Source of the DNA: Thermoanaerobaculia bacterium
Lineage (GTDB): Bacteria; Acidobacteriota; Thermoanaerobaculia; Multivoradales; Multivoraceae
NCBI GenBank assembly: GCA_963666565.1
Contig: OY762911.1
Location: 4,722,145 to 4,786,144 of the forward strand
DNA: 64,000 nt
Direction of reading: 5' to 3'
Positions 8,368 through 18,036 of the stretch are shown here, piece by piece. The position numbers were made by a program, and so were the translations under genes. Position 1 is the first letter of the stretch. Every line of letters starts with the position of its first letter. A model generated the notes under the pieces. That model was not told where the DNA came from, ran no database searches, and saw only the letters and a list, made by a program, of their open reading frames with translations.

Positions 8368-11301
8368 ATGCAGTCGACCCGCCTCCGGGCACGTCTTCTT
8401 GCGACCCTCCTGGCAACGGCCTGCGTCCTCCTGATCGGCGGCGCCGGCTTCGCCCAGACGATCACCGGCACCGTCCAGGGCTACATCTCGGATGTCGAGG
8501 GCGGCCCGATTCCCGGCGTCACGGTGACCGTCACCAACCAGGACACCGGCATCGCCCGCGCCGCCATCGCGGACGCCAACGGCTTCTACAGCGCCAAGGC
8601 GCTCCAGGTCGGCACCTACTCGGTGACCGCCGAACTCGCCGGCATGCAGACCACGCAGCAGAGCGACGTCTCCGTCCTGGTCGGCCAGATCAAGGACGTC
8701 AACCTGACCCTCGAGGTCGAGTCGACCTCCGAGGTGATCACCGTCACGTCCGAGGCCCCGATCATCGAGGTCAGTCGTTCGGGCGCCGCCAACTACATCG
8801 ACGAGGTCGCCATCGAGAGCCTGCCGATCGTCGGCCGCGACTTCACCGACTTCGCGATTCTCACTCCCGGCGTCCAGCGCGACCGTTCCCGCGGCTTCCT
8901 GACCATGGCCGGTCAGCGCGGCATGTACAGCGGCCTGTCGGTCGACGGCGCGGACAACAAGAGCACCTTCTTCGGTTACGGCCGCGGCGGCGAGGCCACC
9001 GAGAACGACGGCCTGATCATCGCCCAGGACACGGTGCGCCAGTTCCAGGTCATCACGAACGGCTTCTCGGCCGAGTACGGCCGGCACGGCGGCGCCTTCA
9101 TCAACGTCGTCACGAAGTCCGGCACGAACGAGCTCAGGGGTTCGGCCTTCTACCAGTTCCGGGACGACAGCATGGCCGAGGATCTGCCGTCCTCGCCGCT
9201 CGACGACTTCAACGACCGCGACGGCTCGCGTCCGGTGGACACGTTCGACACCCAGAACTACGGCGTCTCGATCGGCGGGCCGTTCAAGCGCGACCGTACC
9301 CACTACTATTTCGGAATCGACCAGCGCGACCAGGACATCCCGTTCACCCGGTTCCTGACCAACCGCGGCGGCAGCGTCTATGACCTGGTCATGCAGCGAG
9401 CGCAGAGCGAGCCCGCCTTCGCCGCCCTGGTGGACGGCTTCGAGCGAAACTCCGACGGCTCCGCCACCGGCCTGTTCACGCGCTCGGTGAGCAACCAGAT
9501 CCTGTTCGGCAAGCTGGACCACCAGATCAGCGACGCGAACCTGATCACCCTGCGAGCCAACTGGACGGACTTCGAACGGGAGAGCAGCTTCCTCGACGAG
9601 GAGTCGCTCAAGACGGAGGACACGCTGTCGATCATCGCGTCGATGACCTCGGTCGTCGGCAGCCGCGGCGTGAACGAGTTCCGAATTCAGACGGCCGACG
9701 ACAACCTGGATCGCCTGTCCTTGCGGGTCGGCACGCCGATCGAGGCGCAGGTCCGCTTCCGCTGGAACGGCGCGAGCGTCGGCAAGTACGACTTCCTGCC
9801 GATCTTCGTGGAGGAGTCGCAGCTCCAGGTCAAGAACGACTTCTCCTACCTGTTCGGCGCCCACGACATGAAGTTCGGCGTCGACTACTCGAAGGACGAC
9901 CTGGCCCAGCTCTTCGCCGGCAGCCGCGACGGCCGCTACGACTTCCGCTCGCCGGAGGACTTCCTGTCCAACAACTCAAGCGCCGCCCGGATCTGGTTCG
10001 GCGATTCGACCTATCCGAACTACGACGAGACCCAGGCGGCTCTCGCCTTCTACGGCCAGGACAGCCAGAAGCGCGACAACATGACGATCAGCTACGGCCT
10101 CCGCTACACGTCCACGGACAACCCGGACGGTCTCGATCATCTGCATCCGGACGGCCGCCAGATCCCGGACACCGAGAACCTGGCGCCCCGCTTCGGCTTC
10201 GCCATGGCCCAGGACGAGGGCCGGTCGGTTCTCCGCGGCGGCATCGGCTTCTTCTTCGGGCGCACGCCCACCCTGCTGTTCGCCAACCAGGTTCAGGCCA
10301 ACGGCGTGCCGCCGAACTACGGCCGCATCACCGTCACTCCCGGCGAGAACGGCTACGTGCCGCTCGGAACGCCGATCGACAATGAGAACCCGCCGCCGGG
10401 CATCATCCCCGCGATCTCCTACGTCGACCCCGAGTTCGACGACGCCCAGACGCTGCGCGCCAGCATCGGCTGGGAGCGGGAGCTCGGCGACGGCTGGAGC
10501 GCCGGAGTCGACGCCGTGTACGCGGAGGGCACGAGCCTGCAGCGCAACACGGACTTCAACCGCGTCTTCGGCGGCTACGACGAGTACGGTCGCCCGATGT
10601 GGAACGGCCGCAACGAAGGAACCTGCCCCGGAGTCCCGGGCGCCGAATGCGCCGAGATCCTGGTTCGGCAGTCCCGCGGCGAGTCCGAGTACCAGGCGGT
10701 CACGCTGAAGGCGAACAGGCGCTTCACCGGCCGCTACCAGATGAGCGCCCACTACACCTGGGGCAAGGATCGCGACACCGACTCGAACGAGCGTTCGGCG
10801 ACCGGCGTCACGATCTCGGACACCGGCAACCTCGACTACGACTGGGGTCTCTCGGACCGCGACGTCAAGCACCGTCTGGTGGTCACCGGCATGATCCAGT
10901 TGCCGCTCGACTTCCAGATCTCGGGCATCGTGAACTACCAGTCGGGTACCCCGTACACGCTGGTCGACAACGGCGTCGACTGGGCTTACTGTCGCACGGT
11001 CGGCTGGAACTGCCCGGACTACCGTGCGGTGATGGACGGCGTCGTCGTCGGCCGGAACACGGAGCGGAACGAGTCGATCCAGACGATCGACGTTCGCCTC
11101 GGCAAGTTCTTCACCTTCGGCGACGGCATGCGGCTCGACGTCTTCGTCGAGGCGTTCAACCTGTTCGACGAGAACAGCTTCGGCGTCGGCTTCAACCAGC
11201 GCAACATCCGCAACGGCAACGTTCCCGACGACTTCGGGGTCCCGTCGTACCTGACGACGCGCCCGCGCCAGTTGCAGATCGGAGGCCGGTTCAGCTTCTA
11301 G
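8368..11301 (+). CDS. Full-length Oar-like TonB-dependent receptor with carboxypeptidase-regulatory-like N-terminal domain
   Basis: AGAGGAG RBS, signal peptide (..GGAGFA-Q), GTVQG..D..GGPIPGVTVTVTN, plug motif FSAEYGRHGGAFINVVTKSGTN, terminal Phe. Confidence 0.95.
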   Translation: MQSTRLRARLLATLLATACVLLIGGAGFAQTITGTVQGYISDVEGGPIPGVTVTVTNQDTGIARAAIADANGFYSAKALQVGTYSVTAELAGMQTTQQSDVSVLVGQIKDVNLTLEVESTSEVITVTSEAPIIEVSRSGAANYIDEVAIESLPIVGRDFTDFAILTPGVQRDRSRGFLTMAGQRGMYSGLSVDGADNKSTFFGYGRGGEATENDGLIIAQDTVRQFQVITNGFSAEYGRHGGAFINVVTKSGTNELRGSAFYQFRDDSMAEDLPSSPLDDFNDRDGSRPVDTFDTQNYGVSIGGPFKRDRTHYYFGIDQRDQDIPFTRFLTNRGGSVYDLVMQRAQSEPAFAALVDGFERNSDGSATGLFTRSVSNQILFGKLDHQISDANLITLRANWTDFERESSFLDEESLKTEDTLSIIASMTSVVGSRGVNEFRIQTADDNLDRLSLRVGTPIEAQVRFRWNGASVGKYDFLPIFVEESQLQVKNDFSYLFGAHDMKFGVDYSKDDLAQLFAGSRDGRYDFRSPEDFLSNNSSAARIWFGDSTYPNYDETQAALAFYGQDSQKRDNMTISYGLRYTSTDNPDGLDHLHPDGRQIPDTENLAPRFGFAMAQDEGRSVLRGGIGFFFGRTPTLLFANQVQANGVPPNYGRITVTPGENGYVPLGTPIDNENPPPGIIPAISYVDPEFDDAQTLRASIGWERELGDGWSAGVDAVYAEGTSLQRNTDFNRVFGGYDEYGRPMWNGRNEGTCPGVPGAECAEILVRQSRGESEYQAVTLKANRRFTGRYQMSAHYTWGKDRDTDSNERSATGVTISDTGNLDYDWGLSDRDVKHRLVVTGMIQLPLDFQISGIVNYQSGTPYTLVDNGVDWAYCRTVGWNCPDYRAVMDGVVVGRNTERNESIQTIDVRLGKFFTFGDGMRLDVFVEAFNLFDENSFGVGFNQRNIRNGNVPDDFGVPSYLTTRPRQLQIGGRFSF

Positions 11302-11355
11302 GCTGAGCGGTGCCAGAGCAGCCGCGGCGCCCGAGGCCGCGGCAAAGAGAAATCG

Positions 11356-11383
11356 AGGGCCTCCCCAGCAACGGGGAGGCCCT
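11356..11383. terminator. Intrinsic terminator hairpin, probably bidirectional
   Basis: AGGGCCTCCCC-agcaac-GGGGAGGCCCT between convergent genes, with A-rich and T-rich flanks. Confidence 0.75.
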
Positions 11384-11409
11384 TCTTCGTCAACGATCGC
11401 GGAGCGGCT

Positions 11410-12378
11410 TCAGAGCCGGAGAAGTCGAAGGAGTTCCGCTTCGTCGGCACACATCTGCGCCGCCTTGGCGATCTCGACCTCGGACAAGCCGCGGAGGCCG
11501 GCCAGGCGTTCGGCAAGGTCCGGGCTCGTCGGTACGCCGCGCGCATCGAGCACGGCGACCGCCATCCGGGCACGCCCTGCGGCGAGGCCCTCGTCACGGC
11601 CCTCGTCGCGCTCAGCTCGCAGCCACGGATCGTCGTCCGGGCCGGTACCCTCGAGCGCGCCCATAGCGCGGCCCACGCGACGGAGAACCTCCAGGGTCTC
11701 CGGCGACGGCAGGTCGCGGCTCAGGGCAACGTGGATCTCTTCGGCGGTCCAGCCCGGAAAGGCCCGGCTGGAGGCCGCTTCCCGGAAGCGCTCGCCGTGG
11801 TGAAGGTGAATCGTCAGACCGGACAGCAACGACCTCGGATACGAGCGTTCGTCCGGCACGTCGATCCAGACCTCCGGGAAGCCCCAAGCCTCGTACAGCG
11901 GCAGCTTCCACAACCGCGCGTCGGTCGAGTAGTCGACTTCCAGCACGACGTCCGGCAGTTCGCCGCCGTCAATGTCCACCCGCGCCCCGGCCGGCAACGC
12001 GGCCGGATCCAGGTAGAGGATCTGGTCGGCCTGCATCAGCACCCTGTACCCGCCGTCAGCCTTGGCGCGCACCAGATCCGCCGTCCCCAACGTCTCGATC
12101 GGCGCGCCTCTCGACGCCGCGATGCGCTCGGCCAACCTGGCCAACCGCTGCGAGGGGCGCTCGTGATAGACGGTCGTCGGTTCGCGCAGGACCATGGCCC
12201 GCTCCGTGCGTTCCTCCCAGTACTCCACGCGGCCCTCGTAGTCGTCGATCCGCTCCTTCGGGATCCGAACCGTCCGGCAACCGGACTCGGCGGCCAGGGC
12301 CAGCGGCGATGCAACCGGCTCGGGACGTCCCGCTTCCGGCGGCCGCGGGTTCGGGGTTCGGACGGGCGGTTCAGCCAT
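11410..12378 (-). CDS. Uma2 (DUF820)-like PD-(D/E)XK endonuclease-fold protein
   Basis: HERPS.., QADQILY, LPDVVLEVDYS, KLPLYEAWGFPEVW and a C-terminal EGRDEG tail. Confidence 0.8.
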   Translation of the reverse strand: MAEPPVRTPNPRPPEAGRPEPVASPLALAAESGCRTVRIPKERIDDYEGRVEYWEERTERAMVLREPTTVYHERPSQRLARLAERIAASRGAPIETLGTADLVRAKADGGYRVLMQADQILYLDPAALPAGARVDIDGGELPDVVLEVDYSTDARLWKLPLYEAWGFPEVWIDVPDERSYPRSLLSGLTIHLHHGERFREAASSRAFPGWTAEEIHVALSRDLPSPETLEVLRRVGRAMGALEGTGPDDDPWLRAERDEGRDEGLAAGRARMAVAVLDARGVPTSPDLAERLAGLRGLSEVEIAKAAQMCADEAELLRLLRL

Positions 12379-12399
12379 GGCCCGAGCGTACACCGGCGC

Positions 12400-12545
12400 T
12401 CGGGCCTTCGGCAGCGAGAACCCGGACTGCGGAACGTCGCGGTCGAGAAAGGTCTCCACGAAACTCTGGCGCCACAGGGCGGACAGGTCGCCGTCCTCGG
12501 CCAGAAAGCTGCGAGGGAACCCGCCCCGCAACCAGAGCTTCCGCC
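12400..12545 (-). pseudogene. Short internal fragment of an AAA/DUF4143-type ATPase gene
   Basis: LWLRGGFPRSFLA...WRQSFVETFLDRDVPQ resembles that family's mid-protein motif; no P-loop nearby. Confidence 0.55.
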
Positions 12546-12623
12546 ATCCGCCTGGAGTTGCTTGAAAATCGCTCGGTCAAGAGACGATTTTCCCGAAACT
12601 TCCGGTGCGGACCGCGTCTCAGG

Positions 12624-13898
12624 CTACCCGGCCACCCAGGGAATCGTCTGCGGACCTTCGGGCAGCACGCAGATGCGCGCGTCGGGCCGCGCCGCCACGC
12701 ACTCGGCGAGCGCGTCGTCGAGGTCGGGCGCCGGCTCGAAGTGCGCGGCGGCAAGCTGCTCCCCGCTCAGGCCGTCCGCCTTGACCAGCACCCGGGCGCG
12801 GCGCTGGATCAGCGCCTGAACCTGGACCTGCCACTGATCTGGCTCGGTCGTCGGACGAGCCTCGATCTGCTGGAGCAATTCCTCGGGCGAGCCGCCGCGG
12901 CCGAGCAGTTCGGCGTAGCGGCCGTGGTCCGGAATGCCGTCGCTGCACTCGGCCGCGCAGAGGATGGTTCCGCCGTCGGCGACCACCTGCGCGGCCGCCG
13001 ACATCCCCTTGACCGCCTGGTAGAGGTTCTGGTCGAGCGGGTAGCCGGAGTTCGTCGTCACGACGACGTCGAACCGGTGGCCGGTCTCCCGCATGGCAAT
13101 CGGCTTCGCGGTCGCGCAGGCCCGCCGGTGCATCTCGAAGAGTTCGCCAGCGAAGACGTACGTGATCCTCTGCTGCCGGTCGAGCAGCACGTCGACGCTG
13201 AAGTGCGGCTTCGCCTCCGGCCGCGCCGCGATCGCCCGGATGTCGCCGTGCAGCGGGTTGTCGTCGATGATCCCCCAGGTCGACCGCGGATCGCCCACGC
13301 GGGCGGCGTCGTGCAGGGTGAGCACCGTGTCGAGCCCGGCGAGCCCCGGCGCCACCATCTTCGGGCCGCCCGAGAAGCCCGCGAAGAAGTGCGGCTCGAC
13401 GAAGCCGGTCGTGATCCGGAGGTCGGCCTCCAGCCAGTGGCGGCAGAGCCGGGTCGGGACGCCGGCGCCGGTCTCTCCCAGGTCGACGAGCGAGGCGTCG
13501 TCGCGGGCGTCGTGGTTGACCACGCGGCAGGCGCCGAGGATCTCGTCGCCCAGCATCGCCCGGAGTTCGGCCCGCGTGTTGGCCCGATGAGTGCCGGTGG
13601 CGATCAGGATGGTGACGTCCTCCGGGCGAACGATGCCGTCGAGTTCCCGCAGAACCGCGGCGACCATCTCCCGCCGCGGCTGCGCCCGGGTGATGTCGCA
13701 CACCGAGATCGCGACGGTCTGTCCCGGCTTCGCCAACTCGCGGAGGGGCGGTCCGGCGACCGGTCGCCGCAGCGCCGCTGTCAGAGCCGCGGCCGGTTCG
13801 TCCAGTGCGGGCGCCTGGATCGGCTCGATCACGGTCGTCCGCTCGCGCGGCACGTTGATCGTCAGGCCGCTGCGGCCGTAGGCCAGGCGCACACGCAT
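12624..13898 (-). CDS. larA: Nickel-dependent lactate racemase family protein
   Basis: CDITR, IATGTHR, NHDA, EPHFFAGFSGGPKMVAPG and PLDQNLYQAVKG motifs. Confidence 0.9.
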   Translation of the reverse strand: MRVRLAYGRSGLTINVPRERTTVIEPIQAPALDEPAAALTAALRRPVAGPPLRELAKPGQTVAISVCDITRAQPRREMVAAVLRELDGIVRPEDVTILIATGTHRANTRAELRAMLGDEILGACRVVNHDARDDASLVDLGETGAGVPTRLCRHWLEADLRITTGFVEPHFFAGFSGGPKMVAPGLAGLDTVLTLHDAARVGDPRSTWGIIDDNPLHGDIRAIAARPEAKPHFSVDVLLDRQQRITYVFAGELFEMHRRACATAKPIAMRETGHRFDVVVTTNSGYPLDQNLYQAVKGMSAAAQVVADGGTILCAAECSDGIPDHGRYAELLGRGGSPEELLQQIEARPTTEPDQWQVQVQALIQRRARVLVKADGLSGEQLAAAHFEPAPDLDDALAECVAARPDARICVLPEGPQTIPWVAG

Positions 13899-14051
13899 GA
13901 GCGAACTCTACGCGCCTGCCCTCACGGTCTGCTCGCGGCGCCGCCGCCTCGCTCGAGAATCGGCCACTGACCGACCGATCTTCAAGGATCTTGAGCGGAG
14001 GGTCCGAGTGTCGGTGCGCCGGCCTTCCGGCCGGCTGCCAGCGGAGGCGGC

Positions 14052-15431
14052 TCAGTCGAGGCGGCGCACCTTGATGCTGCGGAAGGCGACCTCGTCGCCG
14101 TGGTCCTGCAAGAGGATGCGGCCCTCCGGCCACTTGCCGAACCCTTCGCGGTGGGCGAACTTGCTCAGGGCGATCGCCTCGTCGAGCTCCTCCGAGTTCC
14201 GGTCGAACGCCAGCACCAACTGGTGGTTCAGCCAGTGTTCCACCGTGCCGTCGGCGCGGACGACGATCCTCGCGTGGTTGTAGCGGCCCGGTCCATGAAC
14301 GAAGCGCCCTGTCTTGGTCGCCGGCAGGAGGTCGTAGAGGGAAGCGAGCGTCCGGTTGCCGTCAAGGCCAGCCTGGGCGTCCGGGTGGCGCATGTCGTCC
14401 AGGATCTGGTACTCGAACGCCACCGCCGAACCGGGGGCCGAGCCGTAACCCTCCGTGACCAGGTACTTGATGCCGCTGTTCGCGCCCTCCGTCATCCGCA
14501 ACTCCAACTGGAGCTCGAACGCGGAGAACGTCTCGCGGGTCACGATCCCGCCGCCGCGGGGTCCGCCGGGTTCCGAGGCGAGTACCGTCAGCTCTCCGTC
14601 GCGCACGTCCCAGCCGGTCGCCGGGAAGTCCTCGCGGTGGGCGCCGCGCCACGCCTCCGTGCTTTCGCCGTCGAAGAGCGGTTCCCAGCCCATTGCCGCT
14701 TCCGCCTCCGAGAGCCGGTTCGGCCGCGTGTCGACAACGTACGGGAACGATCGGCGGCTTGGCGAGAGATCCTCGGTTCGCAACAAGACGTTCCGGTAGC
14801 GAACCTGCAGTCCGCCCTGCTCCGGCCCGACCGAGTGGACCTGCAGCGCGATGAAGCCGCGCGGCGTCATCTCGTCGATCAGGAAGGTCGCCGGCACGTT
14901 GTTCAGCCAGGTCCGGATCTCGGGGCCGATCGCCTCGATGTAGACGTGGTTCCAGTCTCCCTGGCGAAAGGCCTGGCTCGCCGCCGGGTTCAGGGTCAGT
15001 GGAAACAGCCAGCCGCGGCGGGCTTCGTCGTAGATGCCCGCGCTCCAGGCGCGTTCGCTGGGGTCGATCTCCACCTGGTAGCCGTGGACGACGCCGTTCC
15101 AGTAGTCCGGGTCGCTGTGGCTGCGGATCTGGATGCCGGCGTTCAGCCCCTCGTCGATCTTGAACTCGAGCTGCAGGGCGAAGTCGCCGTACTCCTCCGT
15201 CGTGGCGAGAAAGGAATTCGGCGTCTCGATCACCGCCGTGCCGACGACGACGCCGTCCTCCAGCGAGTACTTGGCCGCCCCGCCAAGTTGGCGCCATCCG
15301 CGGTCGAGTCCGCCGGCGGTCAGGTCGATCCAACCGGAGTCGGCCGCCGGTTGAGCGGTGCCGGGCGCGGTCGCGCCGAGCAGGAGGACGAGGCCGGCCG
15401 CGAGGCACGTCGAGGCAGGGAAGGGGCGCAT
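14052..15431 (-). CDS. Secreted tandem DUF1080 (3-keto-disaccharide hydrolase-like) protein
   Basis: Signal peptide; two domains with N[SA]GI, EYQ/GYQV, GFIALQVH and LQDHG motifs. Confidence 0.85.
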   Translation of the reverse strand: MRPFPASTCLAAGLVLLLGATAPGTAQPAADSGWIDLTAGGLDRGWRQLGGAAKYSLEDGVVVGTAVIETPNSFLATTEEYGDFALQLEFKIDEGLNAGIQIRSHSDPDYWNGVVHGYQVEIDPSERAWSAGIYDEARRGWLFPLTLNPAASQAFRQGDWNHVYIEAIGPEIRTWLNNVPATFLIDEMTPRGFIALQVHSVGPEQGGLQVRYRNVLLRTEDLSPSRRSFPYVVDTRPNRLSEAEAAMGWEPLFDGESTEAWRGAHREDFPATGWDVRDGELTVLASEPGGPRGGGIVTRETFSAFELQLELRMTEGANSGIKYLVTEGYGSAPGSAVAFEYQILDDMRHPDAQAGLDGNRTLASLYDLLPATKTGRFVHGPGRYNHARIVVRADGTVEHWLNHQLVLAFDRNSEELDEAIALSKFAHREGFGKWPEGRILLQDHGDEVAFRSIKVRRLD

Positions 15432-15498
15432 GGAAGTCTCAGCCTATCGTCCTCGTTTCAACGAGGCCGCCGGCCGGGGGCCGGCGACGATGCTGTAC

Positions 15499-15569
15499 GC
15501 CGCCTGCGGCGGCAGCGGGTCAGAGGACCCGCGCACCCGGCCGGCGGGCCGGAGGACTCGCACACCCAC
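15499..15569 (-). repeat. Composite REP-like element plus a degenerate second unit
   Basis: GCCGCC-tgc-GGCGGC hairpin followed by GCGGGTCAGAGGACCCGCGCACCCGG. Confidence 0.8.
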
Positions 15570-15619
15570 CCGGCTAGGATCGCCGCTTCCAGCCGTTCGG
15601 CGTGAGGAGGAGACAGCCC

Positions 15620-16711
15620 TTGGAATCGATCGACATTCACCCGCGGGCACTGCGCCAGGCGGCCATGACGATCCTCGAAGCCGGCGGCAGCGGGCCGGAG
15701 GAAGCGCGCATCGTTGCCGATCACCTGGTGCTGGCGAACCTCTCGGGGCACGACAGCCACGGCGTCGGCATGATCCCGGCCTACGAGCGGAGCCTGAGCA
15801 ATGGCACGCTGAAGCCGAACCGGACGGTCGAACTGGTCCGCGACGACGGCGCGATCATGATGTTCGACGGCGGCATGGGCTACGGCCAGGTGGTCGGCCG
15901 CGAAGCGACGGCAGCGGCGATCGAGCGCTGCCGGACCACCGGCGTGGCCGTGGCGCCGGTCCGCTACTGCCACCACCTCGGCCGGATCGGCACCTACGGC
16001 GAACAGGTGGCGGACGCCGGCCTCGCTTCGCTCCACTTCGTCAACGTGGTCGGCCACCAGGCGCTGGTCGCGCCTTACCGGGGAACCGACGCCCGCTACT
16101 CGACGAATCCCATCTGCCTGTCCCTGCCCGGCAGCGAGGCGCAGCCGCCGGTCCTCCTCGACATGGCGACCAGCCGGATCGCCCACGGCAAGGCGCGGGT
16201 GGCCCACAACATGGGCGAGAAAACGCCGGAGGGATCCCTGATCGACCACCGCGGCCGGAAGACCCGCGACCCGGGGGTGCTCTTCAGGCAGCCGGCAGGC
16301 GCGTTGACCTCGTTCGGCGACCACAAGGGCTACGGCCTCGCCGTCTTCTGCGAACTCCTCGGCGGCATGATGAGCGGCGGCCGCACCGCCCAGCCCGAGC
16401 ACGCGATGGAGGGCACGATTTGCAACAACATGTTCATGATCGTGTTCGACCCCGACCGGCTGATCCCGCGTTCGGCGATGGAGCACGAGCTTGCGGCCCT
16501 GGTCGCCCACGTCAAGGCGTCGCCGCCGGCCGATGCGGGAGAACCCGTGCTCGTGCCGGGCGACCCCGAGCGGGCCAGCCGGAGCGAACGCGCCGAGGCG
16601 ATCCCGGTGGACGCCGAGTCCTGGCGTCAGATCGTCGCCGCCGGGGAGCGGTTGGGCGTCGATCCCGACGGGCTGGAGGCCCTCGCGGCCGGCCAGGCGG
16701 AGCCGGCCTGA
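15620..16711 (+). CDS. Ldh_2-family malate/lactate/ureidoglycolate dehydrogenase (YbiC/HcxB-like)
   Basis: ANLSGHDSHGVG, HHLGRIG, TNP, LDMATS and HKGYGLA motifs; TTG start after GAGGAGG. Confidence 0.9.
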   Translation: MESIDIHPRALRQAAMTILEAGGSGPEEARIVADHLVLANLSGHDSHGVGMIPAYERSLSNGTLKPNRTVELVRDDGAIMMFDGGMGYGQVVGREATAAAIERCRTTGVAVAPVRYCHHLGRIGTYGEQVADAGLASLHFVNVVGHQALVAPYRGTDARYSTNPICLSLPGSEAQPPVLLDMATSRIAHGKARVAHNMGEKTPEGSLIDHRGRKTRDPGVLFRQPAGALTSFGDHKGYGLAVFCELLGGMMSGGRTAQPEHAMEGTICNNMFMIVFDPDRLIPRSAMEHELAALVAHVKASPPADAGEPVLVPGDPERASRSERAEAIPVDAESWRQIVAAGERLGVDPDGLEALAAGQAEPA

Positions 16712-16730
16712 CGACCGGCGCGCGCTTCTG

Positions 16731-16772
16731 GCCGCCTCCGGCGGCAGCGGGTCGGAGGACCCGCGCACCCAG
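16731..16772 (-). repeat. Composite REP-like element
   Basis: GCCGCCTCCGGCGGC-A-GCGGGTCGGAGGACCCGCGCACCCAG between convergent genes. Confidence 0.85.
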
Positions 16773-16774
16773 CG

Positions 16775-17839
16775 TTAGCGCTCCGCCTCGCTGAGGAACC
16801 GCCACAGTAGTTCGCCGCCGAAGTTGCCGGCGTCGTCCCGGGGCCATACGTGGGCGCCGTTCCACGAGCAACTGCGGACGGCGCGGCCGCCGGCGCAATC
16901 CGGGTACTCGACGCACGTGAGATCCCGCCGGCCGTCCCACGGCGTCTCGACGGCGACCGGTTCGGCGGAGCAGGATTGCGACTCCGCCCACTTCGCCGCC
17001 ACTTCCGCCTGCGACGTGTAGGTGTAACCGTCGCTGGCGTCCGAACCGTCGATGGGCACGGTCCGGTCCGCCGTGCCGCCGACCAGCAGCATCGACGGAC
17101 CGGGCGCCTCCGCCGCGCAGTTGAAGCCGCGGGCCAGGTAGCCGTGCATCGGCGCGACCCCGGCCAAGCGGTCGCCGAGGGCGCAACCGAGCCGGTGGAC
17201 GAACATGCCGCCGTTGCTGTAACCGGAGGCGAAGACGCGGTCCGTGTCGATGCAGAGCTCCGCCGACAGGCGGTCGATCAGCGCCGCGATGTAGCCGACG
17301 TCGTCGTGGCATGAGCACCAGTTGCACGGCCCGCAAGTTCCGCACTCCGGCGGGCAGGGATACGGGTCCGCGTCCTCGCGGCAGGCGGGCGCCTCCGGCT
17401 GGAGCGCCGCGCTGCAGGCGAGATCGTTCCAGGAGGTGATCGTCGCGCTCCGGCCGCCCGCCGCGTCGCCGAGCGGCGCCTTGAACGACGTGCCCTGCGG
17501 GAACACGAGGATGAACCCCTCGCGGTCGGCGAGCTCGGAGAGGCCCGTCCAGCCGTCGCTGTGCCGGGCGCTGCCGGTGTAGCCGTGCACGTGCAGCCAG
17601 AGCGGCGCGGGGGACGCGGCGTCGTGGCGGGCGGGTAGGTGCAGCCGGTAGCCCCGGATCAGGCCGCCGTGGGCGAGTTCCAGGTCGACGCCGGCGCCGG
17701 GCGTAGCGGCCGAGGCGAAGCCGGCGGAAGATGACGCGGCCGAGCAGCCGGGGCTCTCGCCGGCGGCGAGCGGCGCGGCGACCGCGAGGAAGGCGACGGC
17801 CGCTGCGCCCGTTGACCGTCGTGGAGGCATTGCCGGCAT
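16775..17839 (-). CDS. Secreted PHB-depolymerase/LpqC-like alpha/beta esterase
   Basis: HG oxyanion motif, GYSNGG nucleophile, GTAD and GAHVWP; Cys-rich insert. Confidence 0.8.
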   Translation of the reverse strand: MPAMPPRRSTGAAAVAFLAVAAPLAAGESPGCSAASSSAGFASAATPGAGVDLELAHGGLIRGYRLHLPARHDAASPAPLWLHVHGYTGSARHSDGWTGLSELADREGFILVFPQGTSFKAPLGDAAGGRSATITSWNDLACSAALQPEAPACREDADPYPCPPECGTCGPCNWCSCHDDVGYIAALIDRLSAELCIDTDRVFASGYSNGGMFVHRLGCALGDRLAGVAPMHGYLARGFNCAAEAPGPSMLLVGGTADRTVPIDGSDASDGYTYTSQAEVAAKWAESQSCSAEPVAVETPWDGRRDLTCVEYPDCAGGRAVRSCSWNGAHVWPRDDAGNFGGELLWRFLSEAER

Positions 17840-17892
17840 CGTAGCGCGGGCGGAGCGTGGAAGGTGCCGGCCTATGGCCGGCGCGTTTCCTG

Positions 17893-17971
17893 GCCGCCTT
17901 CGGCGGCAGCGGGTCAGAAGACCCGCGCACCCAGTCGGTCGCAGACTGGGCGCGCCGACGTCCTCGTCGGC
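17893..17971. repeat. Inverted REP-like doublet
   Basis: ..GACCCGCGCACCCAG (ends 17934) faces CTGGGCGCGCCGACGTCCTCGTCGGC (17946-17971). Confidence 0.8.
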
Positions 17972-18036
17972 CTTCCGAAAGACACGCGCGAGGCCGAAGG
18001 CCTCGCTCCGTGAGGGACGCAGCACCCAGCCGGAGG

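Noticed and set aside
4185-11301. Diversity-generating retroelement (template/variable repeat pair)
   Set aside because: No reverse transcriptase in the window; differences are not adenine-specific and span 2.4 kb with indels
12624-13898. larA without larBCE as an anomaly
   Set aside because: Cofactor genes are often encoded elsewhere; this cannot be judged from one window
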